Positions 1 to 14,163 are shown, numbered from the stretch's first letter. The stretch is 64,000 bases of DNA from Octopus vulgaris (GCA_951406725.2 OX597815.1:73718001-73782000); one strand, 5' to 3'. Numbers and translations are program-made. The notes: a model not told the origin generated them from the letters alone.

Positions 1-1469
1 GAGCACACAATACATCACCAGGTATCAAACTCACAACTTTACAATATTGAGTCAAATATCCTAACAATTAAACTAGATGCCTTCCCAGAACTGTAGTCTG
101 CTATGGTAACCCACCAAGATATCCATTAAGTAGTGGGCAGTACTGAAATAAAATTCATTCATGGCTCTAGAAAAGGTAATAGAAAATTACTCCTGTATCT
201 ATTCTCTTGCATTATTACATAAAGACAAGGTCTTCTGTGATATCCTAACAAATAAACAGGTTTACAGCGAGGTTAAGGGGAACAAAGAACAACCCTAATT
301 ACTACATCATTAACATCAAAACTAGGTCCATATTAAACTATTTTCCTAAGACAACTTAGAATAATGTATCAAAAATGAATATTTTCAAATTCTTTAAGTT
401 GTTTTTCCTAACACCAAGTCTTTGACAGGCAAATTGACCAAGTCAAAGGGAAGTAGTATATTGTATCTTGTTTAAAGGTACAATACAACACAATAGTGAT
501 AATACTTGGAATTAAGAACAAGAGAGTCATATCTAGTTTATGACACTGAAGTATTGTCTAATTCGCTATGCACACATATACATATATGATGGTTATCATG
601 AGTAATGCTCGATTCTACAGTAAAGATCTCTAAAATCTCAACAGTCTATTTTACCACATTAACACTTTAGCATTTAAACCAGGCATATCCGGCCCAAATA
701 TCCTACTTGTTTTATGTTCAAACTGGCCAGATCGGCCTCTCACACTTATCCAACATCTGTCATTCTAAACAGTCACATTATTGAAATCTGAAAGCTACAA
801 GATAATACATGAGTAATTCAAAATAATGTGAATATATAAGCATTACTAAGGCACATGGTTCAGTGGTTAGAGTGTTGAGCTAACTATTGTGAGGTTGTTT
901 GATTTCTGGACTGGGCTGTGTGATGTGTTCTTGAGCAAGACACTTTACTTCACATTGCTTCAGTTCACTCAGCTATAGAAATGAATTGCAATGTCACTGG
1001 GACCAAGCTATATAGACCTTTGCCTTTCCCTTGGATAACATCAGTAGAGAGGGTAGGCTGGTATGCATGAGTCACTGCTGGTCTTCCATAAACAACCTTA
1101 CTCGAACTTGTGCCTCAGAGAAGAACTTTCTAGGTGCAATCTCATGGTCATTCATGACCAAAGGGGGTCTTTACTCCTTTTCAGCATTACATTTAACAGA
1201 ATAATCTGAAAGCTTAAGGGTTAAAAACCATGGTCTCTCTCTCACCCTAACTAACAATGAATTCAAATCATCACAATGGCTTAAGTAAAGAAAAGAAAAC
1301 TAATTCCATTCCATTGCAGTGTCCTCTGACTCACTAACATGAAGATAAAGACCTCAGTGGTCATCCAGCAACCAAATGAGTTATGGGACATAACTAGTTA
1401 TTTCAGAAAAACAATATGTCACTCTAATAAGTATAAACTATATAACATTAATGGGAAATATATTCTTAC

Positions 1470-1539
1470 CCTTTATCTAACCCTTGGTCAACTGCAAGCA
1501 TTTTGTTCCACTGATAGGTGAAGTAAGGCTGCAACCATT
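1470..1539 (-). CDS. GMCL1: GMCL1 exon 10 (EWLQPYFTYQWNKMLAVDQGLDK); gene continues beyond the window start
   Basis: AG/GT bounded, 70 nt; WL..Y..QW..ML motif. Confidence 0.9.
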
Positions 1540-1672
1540 CTGGAAAGCAACAAAAGTTTTAGACATTGTAAATATAGAGTGGCGCTTATAACAGTCATTG
1601 ACAGTGTGGAATATAATTTTTACAAGAGAGAAAAAAACTTATCTGTTAAAATAAAGAGCAAATGAAACTCAC

Positions 1673-1810
1673 CTGGTGAAACAATGTGGTCAGCATAAAG
1701 GGTTTTTACAGATTGCATATCGTTGATAATATGGTGAAACCTCACTTGCCGAAATACTGAGATGTACTTGCGGCCTTCCTTAGTCATCAGAAAATAATGG
1801 TTTTCTTTGC
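1673..1810 (-). CDS. GMCL1: GMCL1 exon 9 (GKENHYFLMTKEGRKYISVFRQVRFHHIINDMQSVKTLYADHIVSP)
   Basis: AG/GT bounded, 138 nt, inside ORF 1620..1826; resembles FLETEQGKPFVSVFRHLRLQYII. Confidence 0.93.
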
Positions 1811-4163
1811 CTGATGGAAAAAACAAAAGAATTCCTATTACTTACCGATTCTTTCACTCACTCACTTTCACTTGCTCCCCCTCTTTTTCTGTTTATCCAA
1901 CCAGCTGTACTCAACTATCTCCTGATATATCTTCCAATCTTCCTGTCTATGAATCTATCAGTCAGTATACACACACATAAATGAATGAGTATGTATGTGT
2001 ACATTTGTATATGTGTGTGTGCATACATTACAGTATATCTATCAATCTATCTACATATATATTTTTATATAATATATTTTTATAAAGGCATCAAATAATG
2101 GTATGTATGTGTGTGAGTGTGTGTGTGTGTGCATGTGTGTATGTATCATTTTCTCCTCTCAGTTATTTAAATTATCTTCTTTTCAAGCTGATTCTTCCAT
2201 TCTTTTACTGAATTCAATCATTGGATTGCAGCCCGGCTGGAGTATTGCCCTCTATGACTATCATATGAAAATAACCTTATACTAAATAACATAGCAGTGA
2301 AATGTTTCTCTATCTATGTCTTGTTACTAAGAATCACAAGGCAGTTATGTTTAAGAAATATAGCAGAGGAGTAGTATGCTGGCACAACAAATTTGTCAAG
2401 CAAAGACGTCTAATTCATTAGTTAGACTTTAAAAGTTGATCATAACACTAGTCATAATCCGCCTGTCTTTATTGTAGGTGCATGTTGTACTAAAATTTAG
2501 TATCACAACAGTTTGTCCTTAATTTTAAAAACAGGAGCCTTTTTATTTTTTTTACTAAAAAACAGATTCAGCTGTTATGTTACTGGCATTGGCACTCTGT
2601 CACTTATGATGATGAAGGTTCCAGTTGATCCAATCAACAGAACAGCTTGCAAATGAAATTCATGTGCAAGTGGCCCTTCATGTAATTCTCAGAGAGAGAA
2701 CCGCCTGACTGGCCCTCATGCTGGTGGCATGTAAAAGCACCCACTACACTCTTGGAGTGGTTGGCATTAGGAAGGGCATCCAGCTGTAGAAACTTTGCCA
2801 GATCAGATTGAACTTGGTGTAGCCTTATGGCTCACCAGTCCTCAGTCAAGCTGTCTAACCCATGCTAGCATGGAAAGCGGACGTTAAACAATGATGATGA
2901 TGATGATTCAGCATGACACAGAATGTGACAAAGCTGGCTCTTTGAAATACAGGTACTACTCATTTTTGCCAGCTGAGTGGACTGGAGCAACGCGAAATAA
3001 AGTGTCATGCTCAAGGACACAACATGTCACCAGGAATTGAACTCAACCACTAATCCACATGTTTTCATTCTGTTATATTAACCCTTTAGTATTCAGATTA
3101 CTTTGTAAAAATATAATAGTTATTTATTCACATTTTATAAAATTAATCCTATAATCTTGTAGCTTCAAGATCATGTTGACGTGACTGCTTATTTTTAGAA
3201 TGACATTGCAGGGTAGGTGTAAGAGGCTTGATCTGGCCAGTTCGGATATAAAATAGATATGGCTGGTTTAAATGCTAAAGAGTTACAGTAGGTCAAATGA
3301 GCAAGTAGAATCTCTATAGCCAATTTAATTGATCAAATACCACTAAACTTTTTATCTAGTGGAAATGCTGCATAAAATTCAAATGGTTCTTGGTATTTAG
3401 TTTTTGGCTACTTAATGTGAAGTGGATGAAAAATATAAAACCATTCCTCTTGATAAGATACCAGTCAATTGCAGACAATAATCTCAGACAATCTGATTCA
3501 TATTCCTGACAGTTATGTAGACTGAGGTAAAGTAGACTAAATGTCCAGTTGAAAAACACATTAAAATAACTACAGTTGATGTGAACCTGTGAACTAGTAA
3601 TTCACTAATTCAGCTGCTTATTAATTTTATCTCTTTATCATTAAACATTACATGGCTAAATGCAGACATGGTTAGGTGCAGGCATGGCTGTATGGTTGAG
3701 AAGCTCACTTTGTAACATGGCTTTGGGTTCAGTCCCACTGTATGGCATCTTGGTCAACTATCTTCTACTATAGATCCAGTTGACAAATGCCTTGTGAGTG
3801 AATTTAGTCAGTGGAAACTGTGTAGAAACCCATCATATATGTGTGTGTGTGTGTGTTTGCAGGTGTGTATGTGTGTGTTTATGCTTGTCCTCAGTGTTAT
3901 CGCTTGATAACTGGTGTTCCTTTGTTTATGACTCTGTAACTTAGTGGTTCAACAAAAGAGACTGACAGAATAACTACCAGATTCAAATAATAAGTACTAG
4001 GGTTGATTTGTTCAACTAAATCCTTCAAGGCAGTGCCCCAGCATGACCACAGTCCAATGAATGAAACAAGTAAAACATAAAAGATACTTCAGAGAAAAAA
4101 AAATTGTGAAATATAATAAAAATACCAACAAAAATTTGATGATAATGATGATGATGATCTAAC

Positions 4164-4251
4164 CTTCAGCAAGCCCTTTGAAGTAACCCATTTGTTCTGA
4201 GAGACTGGTCATGTCTCCTTCGAAATCAGGAAACAACTGGAGATATAACCA
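4164..4251 (-). CDS. GMCL1: GMCL1 exon 8 (WLYLQLFPDFEGDMTSLSEQMGYFKGLAE)
   Basis: AG/GT bounded, 88 nt; WxxLQLxP motif. Confidence 0.9.
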
Positions 4252-4567
4252 CTGCAAGGAAACAAAGATTTTTATCAACAGGATGCAGAAACGAGTTTCA
4301 TTTAATTCAGCAATGATGTTAAGAAATAGGCAAGCAACAGATTAAATTGGTAACATTTGAGATTAGGATTATGCTATTTTTATTATTCATATCTGCACCT
4401 AGAATCTTAGTAATCCTACAAAAACAGTGACAAGAACTCTCTCTCTCTCTCTCCCTTTATCAGACTAAGAAATCAAGCAAACTTATTTAGCCTCTTTGTT
4501 ATCATATTTCTATTGAAATATTATGCCTTTGTTTCAAATGATTTTGAAAATAAAAGTTTGTCATTAG

Positions 4568-4794
4568 TAACCCTTTTGATGCCAATTCACTGAAACTGCT
4601 CTTGCTTGTATAATACAAACATCCTCTTTTAAAGTGACCTAAAGTAAAACCTTCCATCAAAATTCTATGTTAATTTATGTTCCAAACAACAGCTTAATAA
4701 TGATAAAGTTACTTCCCTAAATTCTTCCTAATTTTCAAAATTAATTGAACAGAGGCAGTGTATTTTAGCAAAAATATGGCAACAAAAGGGTTAA
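4568..4794. mobile_element. piggyBac-type MITE, family B (other partial copies ~53560-53625 and ~54960-55170)
   Basis: CCCTTTTG...CAAAAGGG|TTAA; right end resembles that of element 53627-54678. Confidence 0.65.
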
Positions 4795-6084
4795 AGTGAT
4801 CTAAAAACTTTCCATCAAAATTTCATATTGATTTATGTTCCAAATGTCAGCTTAATAATGACAACAGTATTTCACTAAATTCTCCCTAATTTTCAAAATT
4901 ACTTGTAACAAACATATTTATACAGTAAGTTCAGAAGGAGCCAAATTGAGAATAAGGTAGTTGAGAGAGAGAGAGAGAGTGAGTAAGTGAGTGAGTGAGA
5001 GTGAGTAAGTGAGAGAGTGAGTAAGTGAGTGAGTGAGAGAGAGTGTTTGTGTTTGGAGGGCATATTTTGAGAGTGACCAATGAATGTTGAAGTGTATATG
5101 CATATATGTACGTGTCTGAGTTGTTTGCTTATCAAACAACACATTCACAAATAATAGCCTTTTTCTAATGCAAGATGTGTCAAAAAAAGCTTCCCACATT
5201 TTAAAAGCTAACAAATGTTTCAACAAGAAACACAGTATGCACTAGTTCAAACTTTGATGGTAACTGAAGAAGAAATGGTAAAACATTAGCTGCATGCAGA
5301 CACCATTACCATTTGCCTAACTTCAGTAGTGCCAAAACAATGGCCATAGACAACATGGGAGGTTTTTCTACCTCACTCTGTAAAAATATGCAGAGAAAGA
5401 GCAGACAAAAGAAAATCTGTCTAGTATAATTGGTAGTCATAGCTTTACACATAAAAATAAAACAGAGCAAAAAGTTGTAAACAATTTCACACTACTTTTT
5501 GAGTCATGAAATAAAATTAGATATCTCTCGACACATTTTGGTATCACTGTTAAGTTACAGACCAAAATAATGACAGAACATAAGCTGTAACAGAGTACAG
5601 CTATTTTCATTTTTAAAGAAGGTTGCACTGGATTTTACTGCAGCCAAAGTATTGCAATCTTTCTGGATCCTTGTACTGTTAAATGGTTAAGAGGTTTACT
5701 TGTCTCCCAACTTGTCTTCAATTGTATGGGTTCAATCCTACCTTGGGCAAGTGTCTTCTACTATAGCTTTAGGCTGAAGAAAGCCTTGCAAATAGATTTG
5801 GTAGGCAGAAATTGGAAAAGCTGATATACATATCATATATATCATCATTATCATTTAATGTCTGCATTCCATGCAGGCATGAGTTAAGCAGTTTGACTGG
5901 AATTAGAAAGCTGGAGAGCTGCACCAGGCACCAGTCTGATTTGGCATGGTTTCTACAGCCAGATGCTCTTCATAATGCTAACCACTCCAAGAGTGTAATA
6001 GGCGCATTTTATGTACCACCAGCATGGGTGCAAGTTATGTGATGCTGGCATCGGCCACAACTACGATTTCACAAGCACAGTGTA

Positions 6085-6345
6085 TCACCAAAGGTCTCAA
6101 TCACTTGTCATTGCTTCCATGAGGCCCAACATTCAAGATCATGCTTCACCACCTCGTCCCATGTCTTCCTGGGTCTACCTCTTCCACATGTTCCCTCTTC
6201 AGAGATTGGCACACCTTTACACAGCTGTCCTTGTCCATATGCATCACATGATCATACCTGCACAATCGTCTCTCTTGCACACACCATCTGATGCCTCTTA
6301 GGCCTAGTTTTTACTCTCAAGACATTTACACTTTGTTGTACATGC
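6085..6345 (-). mobile_element. RTE LINE 3' fragment
   Basis: Reverse complement resembles the 63080-63330 segment of the RTE copy. Confidence 0.7.
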
Positions 6346-6880
6346 ACGTTATGTGTGTGTGTATATATATATATGTGTGTGTGTATGTATATACATACAT
6401 ATGTACACACACACGTGTGTGTGTGATAGAGTCGGCTTGGCTTGACATTGTGTGACAGTTGTAAATGAACACCACCATCATCATACAAGTGGTGTCCTTT
6501 GCTTCCAATCTTCTGTGAAAAAAAGGTCTGGCCATGGGGAAATATTTCCTTTCTAGGAAACAGACAAGGGTTGGTGACAGGAACAGCATCTGCCTGTATC
6601 AAACCTGTCTTAATAAATTCCATCAGATCTATGCAAGCATGGAAAAGTGAACATTGAAAGCAATGATGCTGATAACGATAATGACAATAGAAAAGATAAT
6701 TACTGGAAAGTTAGCATCTATTGAATCACTGATATACTGTATTTTTGGGAGCATTGTTGTCTTTTAGTAATGATTTTTCTTATTCAGAGGATTATTTTTA
6801 ATCTTTTTTAATTTTTTTACGAATCTACTGAAACAAAATAGTATGAAGAAACAAAGCAAAATTGCAATGTAATGAGTCGC

Positions 6881-6912
<32 letters not shown>

Positions 6913-6914
6913 CA

Positions 6915-7295
6915 TTATATAAAATCTGTTCTGTTTGTCTATCTGTGTGTCTTCTAGGATCTCGGGCATCCTCCATCCTATTGCGCTCAAATTTTATATG
7001 TAGATACCGATGGTATCAGGGCGTGTATAAGTTTTGAGAAAATTACTAAAGTCGATTCCAGATGAGAATGCGATCAATAAAGCCGTGGGAATGTGCATTT
7101 CTAAAATCTTTTTTCTTGGAATAGAAAAAAAGTCTATGTTTATTTCTTCTTTTGCTGGTGTCTCAAATTTAGGTTAAATCAGTGTTTCTCAAAGGGAAGG
7201 CCTATGGGACGGTCGGACAAGTTGTTTTGAGAAAATTTGGTTTAAATGCTTGACAACTCAGCACCGTCCATTGGACAGGGCGCGTTTTGCTCGTA
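6915..7295 (+). mobile_element. Helitron-like non-autonomous element
   Basis: TATATAAAA start followed by (CTGT)n-like run, GC-rich 3' end, inserted in TA; resemblance only. Confidence 0.4.
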
Positions 7296-7544
7296 TATAT
7301 ATATATATACACATATATATAAGGCAAATAAAACAAAACTCAAAAGGACATATACAGTGAATGTATTTGGTTGATGCTCAGTTTAAGATGGATAAAGTGG
7401 GGGTGGATGACATTTGCGCATGGCTCTTCATTAGTAAGAGGAAATACGAAAGGTCTGAGTGAAGGAAAAGAATAGTCCAAGAATAGCATGTGTGTGATTA
7501 CATGGCTGGTGTGTTTATATATATATGTATGTATATATACTCAC

Positions 7545-7629
7545 CTTTTTCACTAATGTATATACATCTAATTCAACTTGTAGGACACAAAGATTGGGTG
7601 AGCCAACGATCTTTTCCATCAATTCACAA
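7545..7629 (-). CDS. GMCL1: GMCL1 exon 7 (SCELMEKIVGSPNLCVLQVELDVYTLVKK)
   Basis: AG/GT bounded, 85 nt; resembles SSNLFVMQVEMDIYTALKK. Confidence 0.93.
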
Positions 7630-8953
7630 CTGAAAGACAACAGAACCAATAATAATTAAAAATATCAAAGAGACATTTTCTTTACTGTTTTTGCATCAGT
7701 TCTACCACATTTCACAGCTAGTCTACCATACTTTACATTCATACTACCATCTTCTACCATACTTCCAGTTCACACTCATTCAACCAAGTTTTAAATCCAT
7801 TCTACCACTTAAACTCTCAATAGCTCAGCTCATTGCAGATAAATACCAAAATACAAGCTGTTGTTTAATCCCAAGTTCTGATTATATAGATCTCTGATAA
7901 AAGACATTCTGGATGTGACCATCCAGCCCATTTTTTTTAAACAATATATCTAAAACTATATTATCAAAACATCCTTCCTTTTATAAGGCTGTTAGATTGT
8001 GATTTGAATGCTGCTATTTTTAGCAAAATGTGTGACCTCATTTGCAACTGTATATTTAAGCCTAGATAAGTTCTTCCTTTTTCATGGAAGACTGGCAGTT
8101 GTTCATGCATGCAAGTTTCCTTTCTCCACACCATCAGTGGTGTCCAAGAAAAAACAATCACCTAAGAACCAATACAACTTGGTCCCAGTGTCATTATAGA
8201 TATTGATATCAGAATGTAAAGAACCAGAACAGACGCTTCATTGCATCTTGCCCAACTCTCTATCAGTTCTGCCAATCCACTGTTGTAGATGGAGACTTTT
8301 ACTGACCATAAAAAAGATGAAAGGTAAAGTTGACTTTGGTGGGATTTGAACTCAGATCACATACCACAAAGCATTCTATCTAATGCACAAACAACTCTGC
8401 CAATTTGCCCCTTTATGACTGCATAGAACTTCCTTAAAACTAACTTTTGCAAGCATTAAATACGGAGCACCACTCAGGTACCTTTAACACACTCGTCATT
8501 CCACCTCTGATCGCTCTTGGTGCAGCTAACCCAACTTTCCCTGCACTATTATACTCCGTCCATCCTCTCCAGAACATAATCCCTCTGGAATCTCCTCCCA
8601 GCTCGTGTCTTTCTGGCTAGTGTTAACCTTCAACAAATTAAACAGAACATTAACGGCATCAGTTTCACTAGTCTCAAAGGGCTTGTAAAAGTCATGGGCA
8701 CTGCCTCTCCCTCCTTAACTCAAATGTTAAAAAAATAGAGACACAAACGCACATGCCTACACATACATACAAAGATACATATATATATAGGGAAAGTTTA
8801 CGAAAAAAAACAAAAGACGAAGACAGGTGGTGTACAGGTGGTTATTAGTATAATGCTCAGGAATAGAAAAAGTCTTTTATGTTTCGAGCCTACGCTCTTC
8901 TACAGAAAGAGACACAGAAAAAACAAGGAAAGAAAAAAATGTGTGTAGTGCTA

Positions 8954-8987
<34 letters not shown>

Positions 8988-9292
8988 GTATCTTGATGAA
9001 CCAATGGATCAATAGATGGATGATACTTGAATAGCTACATAGATTAGCCCACTGGAATCTTCGTCCTGCTTATATCTTTTCTGCAGTTGTTGACCTGTTT
9101 AAATGCAACATTAACACCATCAACCCCACCAGCTTCAGAAGGGCAGCAAGGGTCAGTCAGGGGCTCTTCTCCTTTCTCCAAATTCAGCAAATAAAAACAA
9201 AAAGCATGTAACTGTTAAATTTTGTTAGCTTGTGGACAGAAAGAAATTATTATTATTTTTTATTTTAAATGACAATGAATAATGACACTTAC

Positions 9293-9424
9293 CTAATGTC
9301 TTTGAGCAAATCAATTTCTCGCAGAGAAAGTAAGTTTCTTTGTAGCCATTGTAAGCACTGAGATTCTACATCCAAGGCGCCATACATAGTAGCTCCCATG
9401 TAATATTTACAGACTGTTGTGGCA
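9293..9424 (-). CDS. GMCL1: GMCL1 exon 6 (SATTVCKYYMGATMYGALDVESQCLQWLQRNLLSLREIDLLKDI; BACK-like region)
   Basis: AG/GT bounded, 132 nt, phase 2-2. Confidence 0.93.
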
Positions 9425-10386
9425 CTACAAACAAACAGAACAGAACAATTACAAAATATATTTTCAAACTGAAGATAAAATTCAAGTGATATCTTTTATT
9501 AATATTGGTTTCAAAATTTGGCACAAGGCCAGCAATTTTGGGGAAGGGGATAAGTCAATTATATCGACCCAGTTTTCAACTGGTACTTATTTTAGTGACC
9601 TCAAAAGGGATGGAAGGTAAAGTCGACCTCAGAGGAATTTAAACTCAGAATGTAAAAGCAGACAAAATACCACAAAGCATTTTGCCCAATGTACTAATGA
9701 TTCTACCAACTCATCGCCTTACATTTTCTCTTAAAGTTTCATAGTTCTAGTCTGACTAGCTTTCACACAAATCAGTAAATGTTTTGTTTGTTGATTTCTA
9801 TATCAGAACAAGCAGTTTTGGCTTAATTCAGAACGTTTGTGGGTATATACCATTGAGGAGACCAAATCGGGTTCAAACATCTGTATCTGGTGATCCACTG
9901 GTATTCTGAATGAATGTTTATAACATACAAGTCTCCTTGGTGGGTTTCCCTGAGATAGAATATTAAACCTAGTGCTGTTCCACACTTGTTTACACATTAT
10001 AATGTGGTACAGATTGGTATTTTAATCCCAGGTTTCTTCCAGTGTGTATATTAATATAAATGTTTATTTTCAGTGAATGGATAATGTTATATTTTTGGTG
10101 TAGAAACTAGATTAATTTTTCATTAATTCCTTGATAATCCTAGCTACTTGGTATTAAAATCAATCAACCAATAATAAAGACATTTTTATTGAATATGAGT
10201 GAATTACCAAAAATGAACTGGAATAGAACAAGCAGCTATGTGTACCTTGCATGCACTTTTGGCTATCATTCCTGTCTTTCTCTATTTGACTTATTGTTGT
10301 TTGCTTTCTGTCTCCTCTTTTACTCTTTTCCAACAAGTTGTAGTGTATCTGAGCACTGTATACAATACGTTCATTACTACTACTAC

Positions 10387-10436
<50 letters not shown>

Positions 10437-10690
10437 TTTACTTCTCAGAGCTCTTGATCTTACTTGCTCTGGTTAATTCTGTGAGAGTGGACTGCATTCT
10501 GTTGCCAAAGATCTCACAGGGTCTCTTTCCACAAATTATAAAACTTGGTACTTAGGTGTTAAGTGTCATGGAAGATACTCAGCACCAATCTCGTTGTCGT
10601 CGTCATCATCATCATCATTCATTTTGTCTGTCTTTACATTCTGAATTCAAATTCCACCAAGGTTGACTTATCCTTTCATCCTTTCATACA

Positions 10691-12313
10691 AATAAGTACC
10701 AGTTATGCACTGAGGTTGATGTAATCGTCTAGCCCCCACCCCCGGCCTTGTGTCTATAGTAGAAAGGATTATTATTATTATTATTAAAATCCAGAAAAAT
10801 GGAGAAGTAGCATTAATATAATTTATTAACTGCAAAAATTCAACATGTTCACTTAATGCTGTTTTGATTTTGCCCAAACATGTAATAACCTAACGATGTC
10901 TTCTTTACTCCTCTGACGAGATTTTACCAAATAATATGTTTTAATTACTGGAATTTAATTATTTTGGGCAAGATTGAAACAGCTGTAAGTGAACACGCTG
11001 AATTTTTGCGGTTAATAAAATATATATTAATGCTACTTCTCCATTTTCTGGATTTTGATTTGAATATTTATAAACCAAGATTTGTATTTAAACCTATTAT
11101 TTTAGGAATATTACTATTCACAACAAAATAATAGGTAACAAACCAGTAATTCATTGGATATTTCTGATCCTTTAAGGTGTGTTTTTTTAAACCTCTATTT
11201 AAATTTATATTATTATTATTGGAAGAAGATGAAAGATGTGTCACTTACCTAATAGAATCTTTCATAATTGACTCACATTGTTGGATAAGGTCTTCCTGTT
11301 GAAGTAGTAGAATCAACTGGTTAATTAAATATTTTCTTTTACAAATAAATACAAATGTTAAAATATTGACTTTTTGACAACTGACAAAGCACATTTGTGT
11401 ATTGGAGGTGAGATAGTTATTGAATCTTTTAATTGTACACTTTATTTTTCCACACAAGCATACATGGGGTTATTTTTCATAAACTAGAACTTTTCCATAA
11501 TGCCCAAGTAATTTACTTTTTTTCTATAACTAACTAGCTTTAATAAACATTTTTCAACTTTGAAGTTGGTGTGAAACCTTTGTGTCAGCCAAGCAAACTG
11601 AAAAGAGCATTTGATATAAAAATAAGGGTTCTAACATCTACTTTTCCATGCTTCCATGTATTAGACGTGGCTAAATTGAGGCAGGATCTTCTATGGCCAG
11701 ATGCCCTTCATAGCACTAAGTTACCAGTTTCTAAGTGAGGTAACAATCTCCCTGACTATCAAACAATGAAGAGCCCAGTCATGTTGCTGCCAATGACTGC
11801 AAATAAATGACACCATTTTTATTCTTTTACTTGTTTCAGTCATTAGACTGTGGGCATGCTGGAGCACTGTCAGGAAGAATTTTTAGTCAACTGAATCATC
11901 CCCAGTACTGATTTTTTAAAGACTGATACTTATTCTAACAGTCTCTTTGGCAAAAATGCTAAATTATGGGGATGTAAACACACCAGCACTGATTGTCAAA
12001 TGGTGGAGAGAAAACACACACATATGGGCTTCTTTCAGTTTCCATCTACCAAAGCCACACATGAGGCTGTTCAGCCTGGCTATAGTAGGAGCCGCTTACC
12101 CAAGGTGCTATGCATCGTTATGTTATTACATGTTTGGGCAAAATCAAAACAGCGTTAAGTGAACATGTTGAATTTTTGCAGTTAATAAATTATATTAATG
12201 CTACTTCTCCATTTTCTGGATTTTAATGATAATAATCCTTTCTACTATAGACACAAGGCCTGGGTTGGGGGCTAGACGATTACATCAACCTCAGTGCATA
12301 ACTGGTACTTATT
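10691..12313. repeat. Local inverted duplication (10691-10898 and 12113-12313) flanking GMCL1 exon 5
   Basis: Arms share the same junction between two unrelated repeats. Confidence 0.85.
11249..11295 (-). CDS. GMCL1: GMCL1 exon 5 (EDLIQQCESIMKDSI)
   Basis: AG/GT bounded, 47 nt; resembles DGLIQQCGETMKET of GMCL1. Confidence 0.9.
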
Positions 12314-12354
12314 TCATTGACCCCGAAAGGATGAAAGGCAAAGTTAATTAATTG

Positions 12355-13221
12355 AGATCGAGAAATTAATTTTTTGTAACTAAACACTTTCAAACTTCGG
12401 ACACTGGTAGAATGTGTCATATAAAATATCTTTTACTCTTAGTGTTGTTGAGAAAAGTTTATATTTTCAAAGTTATTTCGTGTTAAAGTTGTCATATTTT
12501 GGTAATTTCAACCAATCAATGGCGTGTAATCAGCTGAATAAAATTACTGCTGTTGTTTATCAACAACAACTATCAGCAGTGTATATTTCATTTGTCACTG
12601 TTATTTATGACATCATTCGTGTGTTTGTACTGGTTTTGGTTTTAGGGTTATTGTTAGGATTTTAGAGTTAGGGTTAAGGTTTTAGGGTTAGGGTCTTAGG
12701 GATAGGGATTTAGAGTTAGGGTTAGAGTTTTAGAGTTAGGGTTGGGATTTTATGGTTAGGGTTAGAGTTACGGAAAAAGTGAAAAATGAAGAAATTGGAG
12801 GGGTAGGGGTAGGGGGGCAAAAAAGTCTTTCCAAAAATAGTAGCTGAAAAACAGGAAAAAAAAGCTAAAAGCAGTAGAAATGCATAAACGATTGTGGTGG
12901 TGCCATGAAGTAAACATGCTTCAGAAACACTCGTCTATTCATACAAATGTAACAGATGAAATATGTCATAAATAACAGTGACAAACGAAATATACACTGC
13001 TGGAAGTTGTTGTTGACAAACAACAGCAGTAATTTTATTCAGCTGAATATACATCATTGATTGGTTGAAATTACCGAAATACGACTACTTTAACACGAGA
13101 TAACTTTGAAAATACAAACTTTTCTCAACAACACTAAGAGTAAAAGATATTTTATATGACACATTCTACCAGTGTCCGAAGTTTGAAAGTGCTTAGTTAC
13201 AAAAAATTAATTTCTCGATCT
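12355..13221. mobile_element. Foldback element: ~250-bp inverted arms around degenerate (TTAGGG)n
   Basis: 12355-12610 is the reverse complement of ~12965-13221; TTAGGG/TTAGAG array at ~12630-12770. Confidence 0.85.
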
Positions 13222-13479
13222 GCCATTCAAAGGGCAGTAAAAGAATAAAAAGAAAGGTACATATATATGCAGAACATACAGATTGCAAGAAAAAATATTT
13301 ATAGAACTAGCTGTCCTCCCATATGGCTAACAACTTATCCATCAGGAGGATATAGCCCCTATTTCCTATTACACCTTGACTAGTGGGGTATACCAAGTTT
13401 GAACTTGTTACCATTAGATCAGCCATCCATTTTCTTGTTCTCGCAGTTATGCTAAAGTTGAAATGTTATGGAATCTTAC

Positions 13480-13577
13480 CAGTTGCAGTAACCGTGCAGC
13501 AGCAAGTATACTGACCACTTGCGTTGGTCTGATCAATACATTATCATTGTAGAATGAGCCAAGGGTAATGTTGAGAG
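13480..13577 (-). CDS. GMCL1: GMCL1 exon 4 (ALNITLGSFYNDNVLIRPTQVVSILAAARLLQL)
   Basis: AG/GT bounded, 98 nt, phase consistent with neighbours. Confidence 0.95.
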
Positions 13578-14163
13578 CTGAAAAGATAAGAGAAGAAAAA
13601 TGACTGAACTAAGATTAACTTAGTTTATTTTATGTCTGTTTTCTTTTTCTTTTCATACTAGCATGAATGCTAATGGTTTGTTTTTTTTGTCATGAACACA
13701 TATTATTATTGAGGTACTGTTTTTAAAGTCCTTCCTATCACAAACCTTTGTTTTCAATAAAGGATTTCTATTCTGCATGTCTTTGAAAGTGCTGAGCCAG
13801 AGATTATGATTTTTCTTATCAGGAAATATCAACAAACACTTTTTAAGCTCAATGTTTTCATATGAAAGTGGAGAAAGTAAGCATTCACTCAAACACACAT
13901 ACAAACATTTCAATACGAAAGAGAAGCAGCCCGAGGGATATAAACAATATCAAACACACATGCACAAGGTATGTGTTTTGTCAGTTCGTGGATATATATA
14001 TATATATATATATTTCTCTCCTTGTTTTTTCTGTGTCCCTTTCTGTAGAAGAGCGTAGGCTCAAAACGTAAAAGACTTTTTCTATTCCTGAGCTTTATAC
14101 TAATACATCTGTTTTGTTTTGTACACCACCTGTCTTCGTCTTTTGTTTTTTTATAAACTCTCC

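Noticed and set aside
8988-9190. GC-richer stretch between GMCL1 exons 6 and 7 as an extra exon
   Set aside because: Exons 6 and 7 join in phase with continuous GMCL1 similarity, and no convincing splice pair was found.
10189-10555. ORFs with poly-Y and poly-I tracts
   Set aside because: Produced by a (TAT)n trinucleotide repeat.
12630-12770. TTAGGG array as a true telomere or chromosome-fusion scar
   Set aside because: It is degenerate, short and enclosed by the arms of a repeated foldback element.
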